This document shows positions 9,355-19,245 of a DNA stretch of 56,744 nucleotides, piece by piece. Each line of letters begins with the position of its first letter. The stretch's first letter is position 1. The stretch comes from an uncultured Spartobacteria bacterium. GTDB lineage: Bacteria > Verrucomicrobiota > Verrucomicrobiia > Chthoniobacterales > Terrimicrobiaceae. Below the pieces are notes generated by a model that was not told where the DNA came from, did no database searches, and saw only the letters and a list, made by a program, of their open reading frames with translations. The position numbers were made by a program, and so were the translations under genes. The DNA is taken from assembly GCA_937890535.1 (NCBI GenBank), contig CALBXK010000280.1, positions 1 through 56,744 on the forward strand, in the 5' to 3' direction.

Positions 9355-9945
9355 TCACCGGGGGGAGCCGATGGCAATGAGTTTCCCGTTACGGAGGGCA
9401 AATAGATCCCGGGAGACCGGATAGGGCGTGGATTGATATTCGACAAAGATGAGATCAGAAAAGTTCTGATGGGCGAGAGAGAGGCGGGGAAAAACGAAGA
9501 TGCGCGAGTGGTTCGGGATGGCGACGACGATTTCGGGCCCCAAGGTTTCGGCAAAGCGGCCTGAAAATTCTGGCGCTAATACCGCGGAAGTCATCAAGGG
9601 GTCGTTGGATTCGAGGACCGCGTACTGGATGACCTGATTGCTGTCCCGGACGTAGCGGGGGGTGAGTCGTTTCAGAACCTCGGAGGCGGACGAACGGGCG
9701 GAAGCGAGAATGCCGGCTCGAGTGACCTGGCGTGGAACGACCTCATCGCGCTGCAGGGGGAGAACCTCGCCTTCCTCGAGTCGGGACGGGACCAGAACCG
9801 AAGTTTTCGTGCCGGGGATCGGCCAGGCGGCCTCATGGGGCATGAAGGAGGGTTCCACCAGAAGGTGCCAGACATCCTCTGCGGCGGGAAGAGAGAGCGG
9901 CAGCCCGAGAGCGATTATGAGGAGAGCGCAATTGAGTTTTCTCAT
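9355..9945 (-). CDS. Secreted hypothetical protein
   Basis: Internal Met 36 of track ORF 9355..10050 gives the signal peptide MRKLNCALLIIALGLPLSLPAAED. The longer form would overlap the ruvA start region. Confidence 0.6.
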   Translation of the reverse strand: MRKLNCALLIIALGLPLSLPAAEDVWHLLVEPSFMPHEAAWPIPGTKTSVLVPSRLEEGEVLPLQRDEVVPRQVTRAGILASARSSASEVLKRLTPRYVRDSNQVIQYAVLESNDPLMTSAVLAPEFSGRFAETLGPEIVVAIPNHSRIFVFPRLSLAHQNFSDLIFVEYQSTPYPVSRDLFALRNGKLIAIGSPR

Positions 9946-9969
9946 AAGTCTGCTAAAGCAAGCGGGATA

Positions 9970-10575
9970 ATGATCGCATTTTTGGAAGGTGTGTTGGCGG
10001 AATCGCTCCCCACCCATATTGTTGTAAACGTCCATGGCGTGGGCTACCACGTCTTAATCCCACTATCAAGTTATGATCGGCTGCCGGCTCCGGGAGCCCC
10101 GATCAAAATTCTGACCCATCTGGTGGTGCGGGAGGATGCGCAGGTTCTTTATGGGTTTGGTTCCAGCGCGGAGCGGGATCTTTTTCAGATGCTGATCAAT
10201 CATGTCACCGGCGTGGGGCCGAAGCTGGCACTGGCGGTGCTGAGCGGGATCAGTTTGGAAATGTTCAAAGCGGCCGTGGTGGCCGGGGATATTGCGGCGA
10301 TTTCCCTGATCAAAGGGGTCGGAAAAAAAACTGCGGAACGGATCGTTCTTGAATTGAAGGACAAGGTGGGCGTGGCGGCGGAATGGGAGGCGGCGAGCGC
10401 GGGCCATGCTCCGGGGCCTCGTGACCGGGCGATTCACGACACGGTGCTGGCCCTGATCTCCCTTGGCTACAAGCAAGTCGAGGCCCACAAGGCAGTGAAG
10501 AAGGCGCTGGAGGGTCACTCGGACACCCCGGCGGCCGAAGATCTGGTGCGGATGGCCTTGAAAATTTTGGCATGA
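9970..10575 (+). CDS. ruvA: Holliday junction DNA helicase subunit RuvA
   Basis: MIAFLEGVLAESLPTHIVVNVHGVGYHVLIPLSSY.. is the canonical RuvA N-terminus, and the HhH motifs LISVSGIGPK-like (LINHVTGVGPKLA; LIKGVGKKTAERI) are present. Confidence 0.9.
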   Translation: MIAFLEGVLAESLPTHIVVNVHGVGYHVLIPLSSYDRLPAPGAPIKILTHLVVREDAQVLYGFGSSAERDLFQMLINHVTGVGPKLALAVLSGISLEMFKAAVVAGDIAAISLIKGVGKKTAERIVLELKDKVGVAAEWEAASAGHAPGPRDRAIHDTVLALISLGYKQVEAHKAVKKALEGHSDTPAAEDLVRMALKILA

Positions 10576-11894
10576 GTGAAGAAAAGCTGGCTCGAGCACG
10601 GGCGATTCAGGCGGCAGCTCCGGAGGGCGGTCTCTTTCATGAGAAATCCTGGCGGGTTTCGCCCGATCCTTTTCCCATCGATGGGAATCTGGCACGGGAA
10701 CTCGACAAACTCGGGTATCGGCTCACGGTTTTCCTCCGGGCCTGCAATCAATTGTATCGTTTCAGTGCCAATGGCCGGGAACCGGCTTGGGTGGCGGATC
10801 TTTTGGATCGCGGCAAGCCGCCGGAACTGGTCGCCCTGCAGCGGGAAAGGTCTCTCGCGATGGCCATCCCGCGCATCATTCGTCCAGATCTTATTCTCAC
10901 CGAGGACGGCTTCATCGTTGCCGAACTTGACAACGTTCCTGGCGGGATAGGACTGACCGGGTGGTTGGGCCGGATGTATGCCCGGGAGGGTGTGGAGATC
11001 CTGGGTGGTTCGGAGGGCATGCTGGATGGTTTCGCCGAGGTTTTTCCGGGAGGAGATATTGTGGTCTCGGCCGAGGCGGGCACTTACCGGCCCGAGATGG
11101 AATGGTTGGCCAAGGAGTTGAATGCGACCCGATCGGAAATCGGCCATTGGCGATTGATGGGAACGGGGGAACGTGAGGACTGGCAGAAAAATGTCTATCG
11201 TTTTTTTGAATTGTTCGACCTCGCCAATGTTGCCTGCGCCGGACAGCTCGAGCAGGCGCAACGGGACGGACGGATCGATGTCTCTCCTCCCTTTAAGCCC
11301 GCTCTTGAGGAAAAACTCTGGTTTGCCTTGTTCTGGCTCAAACCGCTCGAAGAATTCTGGCGACGGGAACTGGGGGAGCGCAACCTCCTCGCCCTCCGCG
11401 AGGTCATTCCGTACACTTGGCTAGTGGATCCCGAGCCCCTTCCCCGGCATGCCGTCCTTCCGAGGCTGGAAACCCATTCCTGGGAAGAAGTGGGGCGGCT
11501 GAGTCAAAAGCAACGGGCACTTATTCTCAAGATTAGCGGATTTTCCGAGAATGCCTGGGGTTCGCGCGGGGTTCTGGTGGCTCAGGATGTTTCGCAAAAG
11601 GTTTGGCAGGACACCTTGCAGACGGCCTTGGGGGAGTATGAGACCCATCCCCATATTCTACAAAAATTCCACCCCGGACGCCTGGTCGAGCAGGAGTGGT
11701 TGGCTGGAGACGAACTGCAGACGATGAGGGGAAGGGTTCGGCTCTGCCCTTACTTTTTTGTTGGTGAGAAGAAGACTCATTGTGGCGGGGCGCTGGCTAC
11801 AATTTGTCCGGACGACAAAAAACTCCTGCATGGCATGAGTGATGCGATTCTGGCGCCAACCGCAGTGGTGAACGAAGCGCCCGCCCGCGGGTGA
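10572..11894 (+). CDS. Conserved hypothetical protein, possibly with an ATP-grasp / glutathionylspermidine-synthase-like ligase fold
   Basis: 440 aa with an ATGA overlap with the ruvA stop. The segment PRIIRPDLILTEDGFIVAELDNVPGGIGL resembles the pre-ATP-grasp strand motif of circularly permuted ATP-grasp proteins. This resemblance is weak and from memory only. Confidence 0.7.
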   Translation: MSEEKLARARAIQAAAPEGGLFHEKSWRVSPDPFPIDGNLARELDKLGYRLTVFLRACNQLYRFSANGREPAWVADLLDRGKPPELVALQRERSLAMAIPRIIRPDLILTEDGFIVAELDNVPGGIGLTGWLGRMYAREGVEILGGSEGMLDGFAEVFPGGDIVVSAEAGTYRPEMEWLAKELNATRSEIGHWRLMGTGEREDWQKNVYRFFELFDLANVACAGQLEQAQRDGRIDVSPPFKPALEEKLWFALFWLKPLEEFWRRELGERNLLALREVIPYTWLVDPEPLPRHAVLPRLETHSWEEVGRLSQKQRALILKISGFSENAWGSRGVLVAQDVSQKVWQDTLQTALGEYETHPHILQKFHPGRLVEQEWLAGDELQTMRGRVRLCPYFFVGEKKTHCGGALATICPDDKKLLHGMSDAILAPTAVVNEAPARG

Positions 11895-12005
11895 CGGTAA
11901 GAGGTGAATCCCCCCAGGGGTGAAAGGCGGCTTCCGGCTGCTCCTGCCGACTCAGGTCCTGATTGGACCAGCCGAATAGCCAGCGGAATGATTTTTGGAA
12001 TTCCG

Positions 12006-12033
12006 TTGACATTTCCCAGGATCACGATATTTA
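12006..12033 (+). promoter_or_regulatory. Candidate sigma-70 promoter upstream of rpoZ
   Basis: TTGACA (12006-12011), a 16-nt spacer and TATTTA (12028-12033), about 46 nt upstream of the rpoZ ATG. Sequence match only. Confidence 0.25.
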
Positions 12034-12079
12034 TCCACGTCCCTTTCGCGTCAGTCTTGCCGCCCGGGAATTTTTCTTT

Positions 12080-12292
12080 ATGAATAGTCAACTCGTCGAA
12101 GCCGCGTCCAAAGTGATCATTGAGCCCCAGGTGCTTGTCAACATGGTGTCCAAGCGTGTTCGGCAGCTCAGTGCCGGAAGCCGCCCGATGGTGCCTGTCG
12201 AAGGACGCATGGGGCTTTCCGACATTGCTCTGGCCGAGATCGCGGAGGGAAAATTGGGTCTCGTTCCCGCTCCCGTGGAGGCCACGAACTAG
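12080..12292 (+). CDS. rpoZ: DNA-directed RNA polymerase omega subunit
   Basis: 70 aa from the internal ATG of track ORF 11963..12292. LVNMVSKRVRQLSAGSRPMV..LSDIALAEIAEGKL matches the omega pattern (..KRARQL....P.V....K....AL.EI..GK.). Confidence 0.7.
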   Translation: MNSQLVEAASKVIIEPQVLVNMVSKRVRQLSAGSRPMVPVEGRMGLSDIALAEIAEGKLGLVPAPVEATN

Positions 12293-12326
12293 ATCGTCCA
12301 GCGCCCATTTTTAGGGTGGGCTTGTT

Positions 12327-12785
12327 ATGTCCGCAGAGATCGCTACCAACCGTAAGGCCCTCCGCGAATATCACATCGAGGAACGCTTGGAAGCAGGGAT
12401 TGAACTCAGGGGCACGGAGGTGAAATCCATTCGTGCCGGCCATGTTCAACTCCAGGGTGCCTTTGCGCGCATTGAAGGTGGGCAGCTCTATCTTTACGAA
12501 AGCGCGATTCAACCGTACGAGCAGGCCAGCCATGAACAGCACGAGAACAAGCGCCGCAGGCGGTTACTCGTCCACCGCACCGAGATTCGGAAGTTGGAGG
12601 TTGCAACCGAACAGGCTGGTTGCACCGTTGTCGCCATCCGGATGTATTGGAAAAAGAATCACATCAAGGTCGAGTTGGGTATTGGCAAAGGAAAGGCCAA
12701 TGCCGACAAGCGAGCCGATCTCAAGAAACGGACGCAGGATCGGGAGGTCCAGCGGATGCTGGCCGGGATTCAGCACAAGCGCTGA
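12327..12785 (+). CDS. smpB: SsrA-binding protein
   Basis: 152 aa. NRKALREYHIEERLEAGIELRGTEVKSIRAG and RRRRLLVHRTEIRKL are canonical SmpB motifs. Confidence 0.92.
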   Translation: MSAEIATNRKALREYHIEERLEAGIELRGTEVKSIRAGHVQLQGAFARIEGGQLYLYESAIQPYEQASHEQHENKRRRRLLVHRTEIRKLEVATEQAGCTVVAIRMYWKKNHIKVELGIGKGKANADKRADLKKRTQDREVQRMLAGIQHKR

Positions 12786-12881
12786 CTGCGCTTGATGCAT
12801 GGCATCGCCTAAAGCCTGAACAATCGCGCCACCTGTTGGAGTGCGGGAGCGCGAGATGAGAGGAAACCCTCCGCCCTCCGG

Positions 12882-13304
12882 TTACCAAGGCGTGCGCTGA
12901 TAATCGCGTGCGTAGTCGAAGCGGGTTTCCCAGCCGAGTTCAGGCGGGAACTCCTGATAGCCGGAATTGATCCAGGGGATGCTGCTCCGGTAGGGGGGGT
13001 AGTAAGTGCCCTTTACGGTGGGGAATGGAAAGGTGACGGTGTCGTAAACCCCATACCCAAAGCGGGCGAAAGTGCGTCCGATTCCGCGGACCAAGCCGTA
13101 GCTCCAAGCGGCAGAGTTGCCTTCATCAAAATTGACGGCAAAAACGGAATCGAAGAGTTCGGTGGGGCCAAAGAAGATATTACCAAGCCCGCGACCCAGT
13201 TTCCGGGTGGGTCCGTTGTCCGAGGAGGGAGGGGCCTGGATGTCGGCAAACGACAGGGAAGTAATCGCCAGGGAGGCAAGGAGGGCAATGGCAGCAGCTT
13301 TCAT
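12882..13304 (-). CDS. Exosortase system-associated protein, TIGR04073-like
   Basis: Internal Met 25 gives the signal peptide MKAAAIALLASLAITSLSFA. RKLGRGLGNIFFGPTELF..GLVRGIGRTFARFGYGVYDTVTFPFP matches my recollection of the TIGR04073 family. Confidence 0.7.
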   Translation of the reverse strand: MKAAAIALLASLAITSLSFADIQAPPSSDNGPTRKLGRGLGNIFFGPTELFDSVFAVNFDEGNSAAWSYGLVRGIGRTFARFGYGVYDTVTFPFPTVKGTYYPPYRSSIPWINSGYQEFPPELGWETRFDYARDYQRTPW

Positions 13305-13372
13305 GGAAGCGATAGAGTCAGAAAACGCCCCTCCTGGCAAGCGAAAATCACCAGGGCCAAGCGAATTGGAGA

Positions 13373-14305
13373 TCATTCAAGGAGCGCCGTGACGTGGGTC
13401 TTGACGGCAGAGGCGAGTCCCGCGGGATGATATCCTCCTTCAAGGACGGAGACGAGTCGCTCGTGGCAGAGTTCCGCCGCGGCATCACGGAGGAGGTGGG
13501 TCAGGTCATGAAAGTCGGCGTCGGTCAGAAGGAATTGTCCGAGAGGGTCGCCAGCCCGGGAATCAAAGCCGGCGGATAGAAGAATCAGCTCCGGGCGAAA
13601 TTTTCGGAGGGCGGGGAGCAGGCGGTCCTGAAAGGCGCTGAAGATCTCGGCACCGCCGCTGCCGGCAGGGAGGGGGCAGTTGAGGGTGGTTCCGCGCCCG
13701 GGACCGTCACCAGTCTCCTCGCGGAATCCAGTCCCGGGATACCAGGGCGACTGGTGGGTGGAAAAAAAGAGGACCGAGCTGTCGCGGTAGAAAATTTCCT
13801 GGGTTCCGTTGCCGTGATGGACATCCCAATCGACGATGGCGACGCGGTCAAGGCCATGGAATTTCTGGGCATACCGGGCGGCGATGGCGATCGAGTTGAA
13901 CAGACAGAAGCCCATGGCAGCCCGGGGGCGGGCATGGTGTCCGGGGGGGCGGACGGCGCAAAAGGCATTCCTGGCCTGGCCTGCGAGGACAGCATCGACT
14001 GCGGTGAGAACGCCTCCGGTGGCGTGAAGCGCGACCTCCCCGGATTCCGACGAAACGCTGACATCGCCGCCGGCAAGTTCGTGCGCACCTTCCTGGATTT
14101 TCACAAGGGTGGATTCGACATAATCGGGATCATGGCAAAGTGTGATCTGGGAGATCTCGGCCCGGCGACTCCGGAGGATCTGGGGGCCGGGGAGAGTGGC
14201 GAGGGCCTCGCGAATCACTGTCATGCGGCCAGGGGCCTCAGGATGCCCGGGAGCGGTGCGGTGCCGCTCATAAAATTTATCGAGAATCAATGCCGTGGTG
14301 AACAT
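13373..14305 (-). CDS. Histone deacetylase-family protein (acetylpolyamine/acetoin-utilisation type deacetylase)
   Basis: HPEAPGR, RPPGHHA, DWDVHHGNGTQ and LEGGY motifs of class I/II HDAC-like amidohydrolases. The start is taken at MFTTALILDKF (internal Met 27). Confidence 0.88.
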   Translation of the reverse strand: MFTTALILDKFYERHRTAPGHPEAPGRMTVIREALATLPGPQILRSRRAEISQITLCHDPDYVESTLVKIQEGAHELAGGDVSVSSESGEVALHATGGVLTAVDAVLAGQARNAFCAVRPPGHHARPRAAMGFCLFNSIAIAARYAQKFHGLDRVAIVDWDVHHGNGTQEIFYRDSSVLFFSTHQSPWYPGTGFREETGDGPGRGTTLNCPLPAGSGGAEIFSAFQDRLLPALRKFRPELILLSAGFDSRAGDPLGQFLLTDADFHDLTHLLRDAAAELCHERLVSVLEGGYHPAGLASAVKTHVTALLE

Positions 14306-14374
14306 GACATGCCCATCGTATCGCGGGAGAAATTGAATTGCCAGATTTCGGGCAGGATGGTTTCTGATTCGGAA

Positions 14375-16372
14375 ATGAATCAAAAAATCTCCTGGGGAAT
14401 TCTTGGCACTGGCTCCATTGCAAAAACTTTTGCGACGGAGTTACCCCATTCCCAGACCGGAACCTTGGTGGCGGTGGGCAGCCGGTCTCAAGAATCGGCC
14501 GATCGATTTGCCGGACAATTTCCCGGGATTCGCGCCCATGCGAGTTATGCGGCATTGCTGGCGGATCCTGAAGTTCAGGCGGTGTATCTGGCCACGCCGC
14601 ACCCGGAGCATCCCGAATGGGCGATCGCGGCGGCCGAGGCAGGCAAGCACATCCTCTGTGAGAAGCCACTGGCGTTGAACGCCGCCGACGCCATGGTGGT
14701 GATCGAGGCAGCGAGACGGCATGGGGTGACGCTCATGGAGGCATTTATGTATCGGTGTCACCCCCGCACCGCGTGCATCGCGGAGTTGGTGCGGTCGGGA
14801 AAAATTGGCCGGGTGCGACTCATCCGGGCTCATTTTAGTTTTGCCGCCAAGGTTAACCTGGAGAGTCGAATTTTCAGCAATACGTTGGGTGGCGGGGGCA
14901 TTTTGGATATCGGTTGTTATGCCGTGTCGGTGGCCCGCCTCGTGGCGGGTGCCGCGGTCGGGAAACCCTATTTGGATCCGGAGTCGGTCAGTGGCGAGGG
15001 GGTTTTATGCGAGACGGGCGTTGACGAAATGGCGTCGGCAACCCTGAAGTTTCCGGAGGGCATTCTGGCCCAGGTTTCCTGTGGCGTGACGCTGCGAAAG
15101 CCGGCGGATCTCGAGATTTGCGGCGAGAAGGGGATCCTTACCGTGCCGGATTTCTGGAATCCGCCAGGGGCGATTCACCTGCACCTTTTTGAGAACGATC
15201 GCAAGGAAGTGATCGAGACCGATCCGAATTCCCACAAGTATGCTCTGGAGGCCGACGTATTTTCCCGGGCAATTTCGGACCCTAAGGAATTGGTGGTCAG
15301 TGGAGCCGATACTCTGGGCAACATGCGGACTTTGGACCGTTGGCGGGCGGCGGTGGGGGTCACCTACGAGGCCGAGCGCGATGAAGCGCCGGAGCGCCGG
15401 AGGCCACTTTCGCAGCGGGCGTTGCAGCCGGGGCGTTGGGCGGAGATTCCTACGAGCCGGATTCCCGGACTCGACAAGCCGGTCTCCCGACTCGTTCTGG
15501 GGATCGACAACCAGGACAACCTGGCTCAACTCGCGGCCATGGCCGATGATTTTGTGGAGCGGGGAGGGACCGCCTTCGATACGGCGCACATTTATGGTGG
15601 CGGGCGGATGGAGTCCGTCTTGGGCCAGTGGCTGAAGAATCGCGGTTTGCGCGAGGCGGTTGTCCTCACGCTCAAGGGGGCGCACACTCCGTATTGTACG
15701 CCGCAGGATCTGCGTCAGCAATTTGATGAGAGTCTGGAGCGATTGCAGACCGATCATGCCGACATCTATATGCTGCACCGTGATAATCCGGATGTGCCGG
15801 TCGGCGAGTTCGTCGATGTGCTGGATGAATTGCGAGCGGCCGGTCGGATACGTCTCGTCGGCGGATCCAACTGGAGTCTTGACCGTCTCACCGAGGCCAA
15901 TGCCTACGCGGCAAAGAACGGGCGGGAGCCTTTTCGGATTGTGAGCAACAACCTGAGTCTGGCTCGGATGGTGGATCCGATTTGGCCCGGGTGTGTCAGC
16001 GCCAAGGGGACCGCATGGCGGGAATGGTTTCTTCACCATGAGGCGGCTTTGTTTGCCTGGTCGAGCCAGGCCCGGGGCTACTTTGCGCCGAATCGGTTGT
16101 CGGGCACTGTGACGGATACGGAGTTGCTGCGATGCTGGGATGCTGAAGATAACCGGGAACGTTGTCGGCGGGCGACAGAGTTCGCGGCGGAGCGTGGGGT
16201 CAGTCCCCTGAATGTCGCCCTGGCCTATGTGCTTTCCCAACCTTTCCCGACCTTTGCTCTTATTGGGCCGCGCACCCTTGATGAGACCCGCACCGCATTG
16301 GCCGGTCTCGACCTCCACCTCACTTCCGGGGAAATGGCTTGGCTTGATCTGGAGACTCCTGAAAGAACCTAA
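14375..16372 (+). CDS. Fusion protein: N-terminal Gfo/Idh/MocA oxidoreductase plus C-terminal aldo/keto reductase
   Basis: The start is at [19 protein letters not shown] (Rossmann GxGxxA), with the EKP motif in ILCEKPLA. From about residue 350 the sequence is AKR-like ([35 protein letters not shown]). The first 207 codons of track ORF 13754..16372 are antisense to the HDAC gene and are rejected. Confidence 0.85.
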   Translation: MNQKISWGILGTGSIAKTFATELPHSQTGTLVAVGSRSQESADRFAGQFPGIRAHASYAALLADPEVQAVYLATPHPEHPEWAIAAAEAGKHILCEKPLALNAADAMVVIEAARRHGVTLMEAFMYRCHPRTACIAELVRSGKIGRVRLIRAHFSFAAKVNLESRIFSNTLGGGGILDIGCYAVSVARLVAGAAVGKPYLDPESVSGEGVLCETGVDEMASATLKFPEGILAQVSCGVTLRKPADLEICGEKGILTVPDFWNPPGAIHLHLFENDRKEVIETDPNSHKYALEADVFSRAISDPKELVVSGADTLGNMRTLDRWRAAVGVTYEAERDEAPERRRPLSQRALQPGRWAEIPTSRIPGLDKPVSRLVLGIDNQDNLAQLAAMADDFVERGGTAFDTAHIYGGGRMESVLGQWLKNRGLREAVVLTLKGAHTPYCTPQDLRQQFDESLERLQTDHADIYMLHRDNPDVPVGEFVDVLDELRAAGRIRLVGGSNWSLDRLTEANAYAAKNGREPFRIVSNNLSLARMVDPIWPGCVSAKGTAWREWFLHHEAALFAWSSQARGYFAPNRLSGTVTDTELLRCWDAEDNRERCRRATEFAAERGVSPLNVALAYVLSQPFPTFALIGPRTLDETRTALAGLDLHLTSGEMAWLDLETPERT

Positions 16373-16374
16373 GG

Positions 16375-17340
16375 ATGGAGTCTCTTCCCAAGATTGATTT
16401 ACACCGTCACCTCGACGGCAATATTCGCACCGCCACAATTTTGGATCTGGGACGGCAACATGGCATCGAGTTGCCGGGCACCGATCTGGAGTCGCTGCGT
16501 CCCTATGTCAGCATCACGGAACCTGCGCCCGGACTGGTCGCGTTTCTGGAGAAGTTTCGCTGGTCGATCGGAGTTCTCGCCGATGCGGAGGCTTGCCGCC
16601 GGATTGCTTTTGAGAATGTTGAAGACGCTAAAAACGAAGGCCTCGACTATGTGGAGTTGCGCTTTAGTCCATGGTTCATGGCTGAGGCGCATGGCCTGAA
16701 TCCACAGGCTGTGGTGGAGGCGGTGGTGGCGGGAATCGACGAAGGGCGGGCGGCCTTTGGAGTCAAAGTCGCGCTCATCGGGATCCTGAGCCGGACGTAT
16801 GGTGAGGATGTCGCTTGGAAGGAACTGGAGGCGTTGTTCACTTGTCGGAGTCGTCTGACCGCGGTTGACCTCGCGGGGGATGAAGTGAATTTTCCCGCCG
16901 GCCTCTTCAAAAAGCATTTTGCCAGGGTGCGTGATGCCGGTCTGCATGTGACCGTTCATGCCGGCGAGGCAGCGGGAGCCGAGAGCATTTGGGATGCGAT
17001 TCGGTTGTTGGGGGCTGAGCGGATCGGGCACGGCATTCGGGCCATTGAGGATCCGGTGCTGATGGATTTCCTACGCGAGCGTCGGATCGGTCTGGAGTGT
17101 TGTCTCACCAGCAATATTCAGACCAGCTCGGTCCCGGACTATGCCAGCCATCCGTTGCGTTCCCTTCTCGAGGCGGGGCTCCTGGCGACCATCAACACCG
17201 ATGATCCGGGAATCAGCGGAATCGATCTCGATTATGAGTTTCGAACTGCGGCACCCGCTGCCGGACTCATCGGGGCTCAGATCGAGCTGGCTCGAAGGAA
17301 CGCGGTTGAGATCGCTTTTGAGTCTTGGAATTTGAAATGA
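16375..17340 (+). CDS. add: Adenosine deaminase
   Basis: 321 aa. [30 protein letters not shown] and INTDDPG are canonical Add motifs. It starts 2 nt after the preceding stop. Confidence 0.92.
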   Translation: MESLPKIDLHRHLDGNIRTATILDLGRQHGIELPGTDLESLRPYVSITEPAPGLVAFLEKFRWSIGVLADAEACRRIAFENVEDAKNEGLDYVELRFSPWFMAEAHGLNPQAVVEAVVAGIDEGRAAFGVKVALIGILSRTYGEDVAWKELEALFTCRSRLTAVDLAGDEVNFPAGLFKKHFARVRDAGLHVTVHAGEAAGAESIWDAIRLLGAERIGHGIRAIEDPVLMDFLRERRIGLECCLTSNIQTSSVPDYASHPLRSLLEAGLLATINTDDPGISGIDLDYEFRTAAPAAGLIGAQIELARRNAVEIAFESWNLK

Positions 17341-17422
17341 GGTTGCTCACCGACGAAATTCGGGATTCCGCCCTGTCCGGCGGCAGCGTGGGGATCCCTG
17401 TCGGCGATCAGGCGAAAAAAAT

Positions 17423-17483
17423 GGGAGGGCGAGGTGGCGTCCGAGCCCTCAGTGAATGGGCGGGAATGGAGGTTCGCCCTCTC
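17423..17483. repeat. Decayed copy of the REP-like palindromic element seen at 30018-30077
   Basis: The left arm gggagggcgaggtggcgtccgagcc (17423-17447) matches the 30018 arm at 22/25 positions. The right arm gggcgggaatggaggttcgccctctc (17458-17483) matches the expected complement at about 19/26. Confidence 0.6.
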
Positions 17484-17595
17484 GGATCTGGTCTGTGATT
17501 TATTCTGCGGGATTCGGTGTGTGATTTAACTTGCGCACGGATTTTCAATGGCGCTGAGGGGTTGCAGGTCGGAGCGGAGTCGATAGATTCGCGGG

Positions 17596-18972
17596 ATGCA
17601 ACGATTGCTTCTCTTTTTGACCGCCTGCGGATTTGCCTCAATTTTGATATTTCCGCTTCTGGCGGAGGATGAATCTAAGACGAAACCCGCACCGACCCCG
17701 TCCGCTGACGCGGTGGCAGCGAAGGAGACCGTGGATCGTACCGTCGACAAGGTCGAGGACGCGGTCAAAGCTGCGGCGGGTTCGATCAATGCCCCGGTGG
17801 CCCGCAAGCTTTCCACGGGGGTGGGAGCGTTTCTGCGGGCTGATATCTTTGGCTACTCCGTGGCCCAGCTCACCGCCAGTTTTCTCATTTTTATTTTCAG
17901 TATCCTATTTCGCAACATCATCAGCAAAGCTGTCATCGACAGGATCCTACGGTATTCGGATCGTTCGAGTCTGTTGAACCGGGGGTTGGTCGTCGCGCTG
18001 AGCAAACCATTTTCGGCCTTCCTTGTCATCTTTGGGTTCTATCTCGCGATCCTCGTTCTGCCGATCAGCCCCTTCAGCGAGCAACTCGTGGCCAACCTCT
18101 TCCGGGGCTTGAGCATGTTGACCCTTGTTTGGGCCGCATTTTTGCTTTCCGATCTTTTTGCCGGGTACCTTGAAATCCGTCTTAACAACAACCCGCAATC
18201 AGCCGTGGCTGGGTTTGCTCCCCTCATTCGGAAATGCCTCAAGGTCTTTGTTCTGATCATCGGCATTCTCATGACCATCGATAACCTGGGCTATAATGTC
18301 ACCGGGATCATTGCCACCCTCGGACTCGGTACGGCGGCGGTGGCCCTGGCGGCCCAGGACACGATTAAGAATGCCTTTGGAGCCATGATGATTGCCCTCG
18401 ACCGTCCGTTCAAAGTGGGAGACTGGATTCAGGTGGGAGACAAGGTTGATGGCAATGTGGAGGCAATCGGCCTGCGGTCAACCAAAGTCCGCACCTTCCC
18501 GAAGACGGTGGTCTCCATCCCCAACGGCGTCCTGGCCAACGAATACATCAACAACTGGTCCCGGATGCCAAAACGCCGGGTGAAGCAGGTGGTTGGGGTC
18601 TCCTATGAAGCCAGCGCGGTGGATATGGAAGGGGCGGTGGAAGACATTCGGAAGATTCTCCGGAATGACGACGATGTCGACCAGGAGTTCATTTTGGTGA
18701 ATTTCACCAATTTCGGCGACAGTTCTTTAGATATTTTGGTCTATTATTTCACCAAAACCATCTCATGGCTTGATTACATGGACGTTCGTCAGCGCGTTAA
18801 CTGTCAAATCATGAACGTGATTCATGCCCGAGGGCTTTCCATTGCCTTTCCGACCCGCAGCCTCTACCTCGATGGGGCGGCTGGCAATAAATTGGCCGGG
18901 CTCGATTACCAGTCTCGTTGGGATGAATCGCAAGGTCCTCCCAGTCTGGCCGCCGCCGACTCCCCTCCCTGA
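17596..18972 (+). CDS. Mechanosensitive ion channel family protein (MscS-like)
   Basis: 458 aa with a signal/TM N-terminus, several TM helices and the MscS core (AAQDTIKNAFGAMMIALDRPFKVGDWIQVGDKVDGNVEAIGLRSTKVRT). Confidence 0.88.
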   Translation: MQRLLLFLTACGFASILIFPLLAEDESKTKPAPTPSADAVAAKETVDRTVDKVEDAVKAAAGSINAPVARKLSTGVGAFLRADIFGYSVAQLTASFLIFIFSILFRNIISKAVIDRILRYSDRSSLLNRGLVVALSKPFSAFLVIFGFYLAILVLPISPFSEQLVANLFRGLSMLTLVWAAFLLSDLFAGYLEIRLNNNPQSAVAGFAPLIRKCLKVFVLIIGILMTIDNLGYNVTGIIATLGLGTAAVALAAQDTIKNAFGAMMIALDRPFKVGDWIQVGDKVDGNVEAIGLRSTKVRTFPKTVVSIPNGVLANEYINNWSRMPKRRVKQVVGVSYEASAVDMEGAVEDIRKILRNDDDVDQEFILVNFTNFGDSSLDILVYYFTKTISWLDYMDVRQRVNCQIMNVIHARGLSIAFPTRSLYLDGAAGNKLAGLDYQSRWDESQGPPSLAAADSPP

Positions 18973-19149
18973 GCAAGTGGGCATAGGTGGAAGGCATGTC
19001 ATGGCATGGCGCGAGGAGACCTGAGACCCGATGGAAGTGATTGTCGGACAACGGGACGCTAAGTGAGGCGGCACCAGCCGCGACCACGGAGAATGGCAAA
19101 GAACTGAGGAGATGGTTGAACGAATATATATACGTTGCCTGACCCCTCG

Positions 19150-19245
19150 CCCCGGCGGCATTGGGATATAGGTGATGTCCGCACACCAGACGTCGTTGGC
19201 GTATTCCAAGGTTCGTCCTCGCAGCAGGTACGGGTACTTCCGGTG
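19150..19245 (-). pseudogene. IS3-family transposase (OrfB/integrase) fragment
   Basis: The minus-strand reading RKYPYLLRGRTLEYANDVWCADITYIPM matches the conserved YPYLLR..(6-8)..VW.ADITYI block just before the DDE core of IS3-family transposases. It is bounded by a stop 2 codons upstream and has no downstream DDE region. Confidence 0.5.

Noticed and set aside
13754-14374. The first 207 codons of the 872-aa plus-strand ORF 13754..16372.
   Set aside because: This part is antisense to the well-supported HDAC-family gene and has a Gly/Asp/Ala-rich shadow composition. A canonical Rossmann N-terminus begins at the ATG at 14375.
15005-16438. 477-aa minus-strand ORF.
   Set aside because: It is antisense to the aldo/keto reductase half of the fusion gene. 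It is Arg/Pro/Gly-rich with no motifs, a typical high-GC shadow ORF.
18975-19140. A possible second piece of the transposase (frame reading TYIYSFNHLLSSL, vaguely like the C-terminal YI.FYNH.RPHSSL motif).
   Set aside because: The match is too short and gapped to support. Only the YPYLLR..VWCADITYI block is reported.
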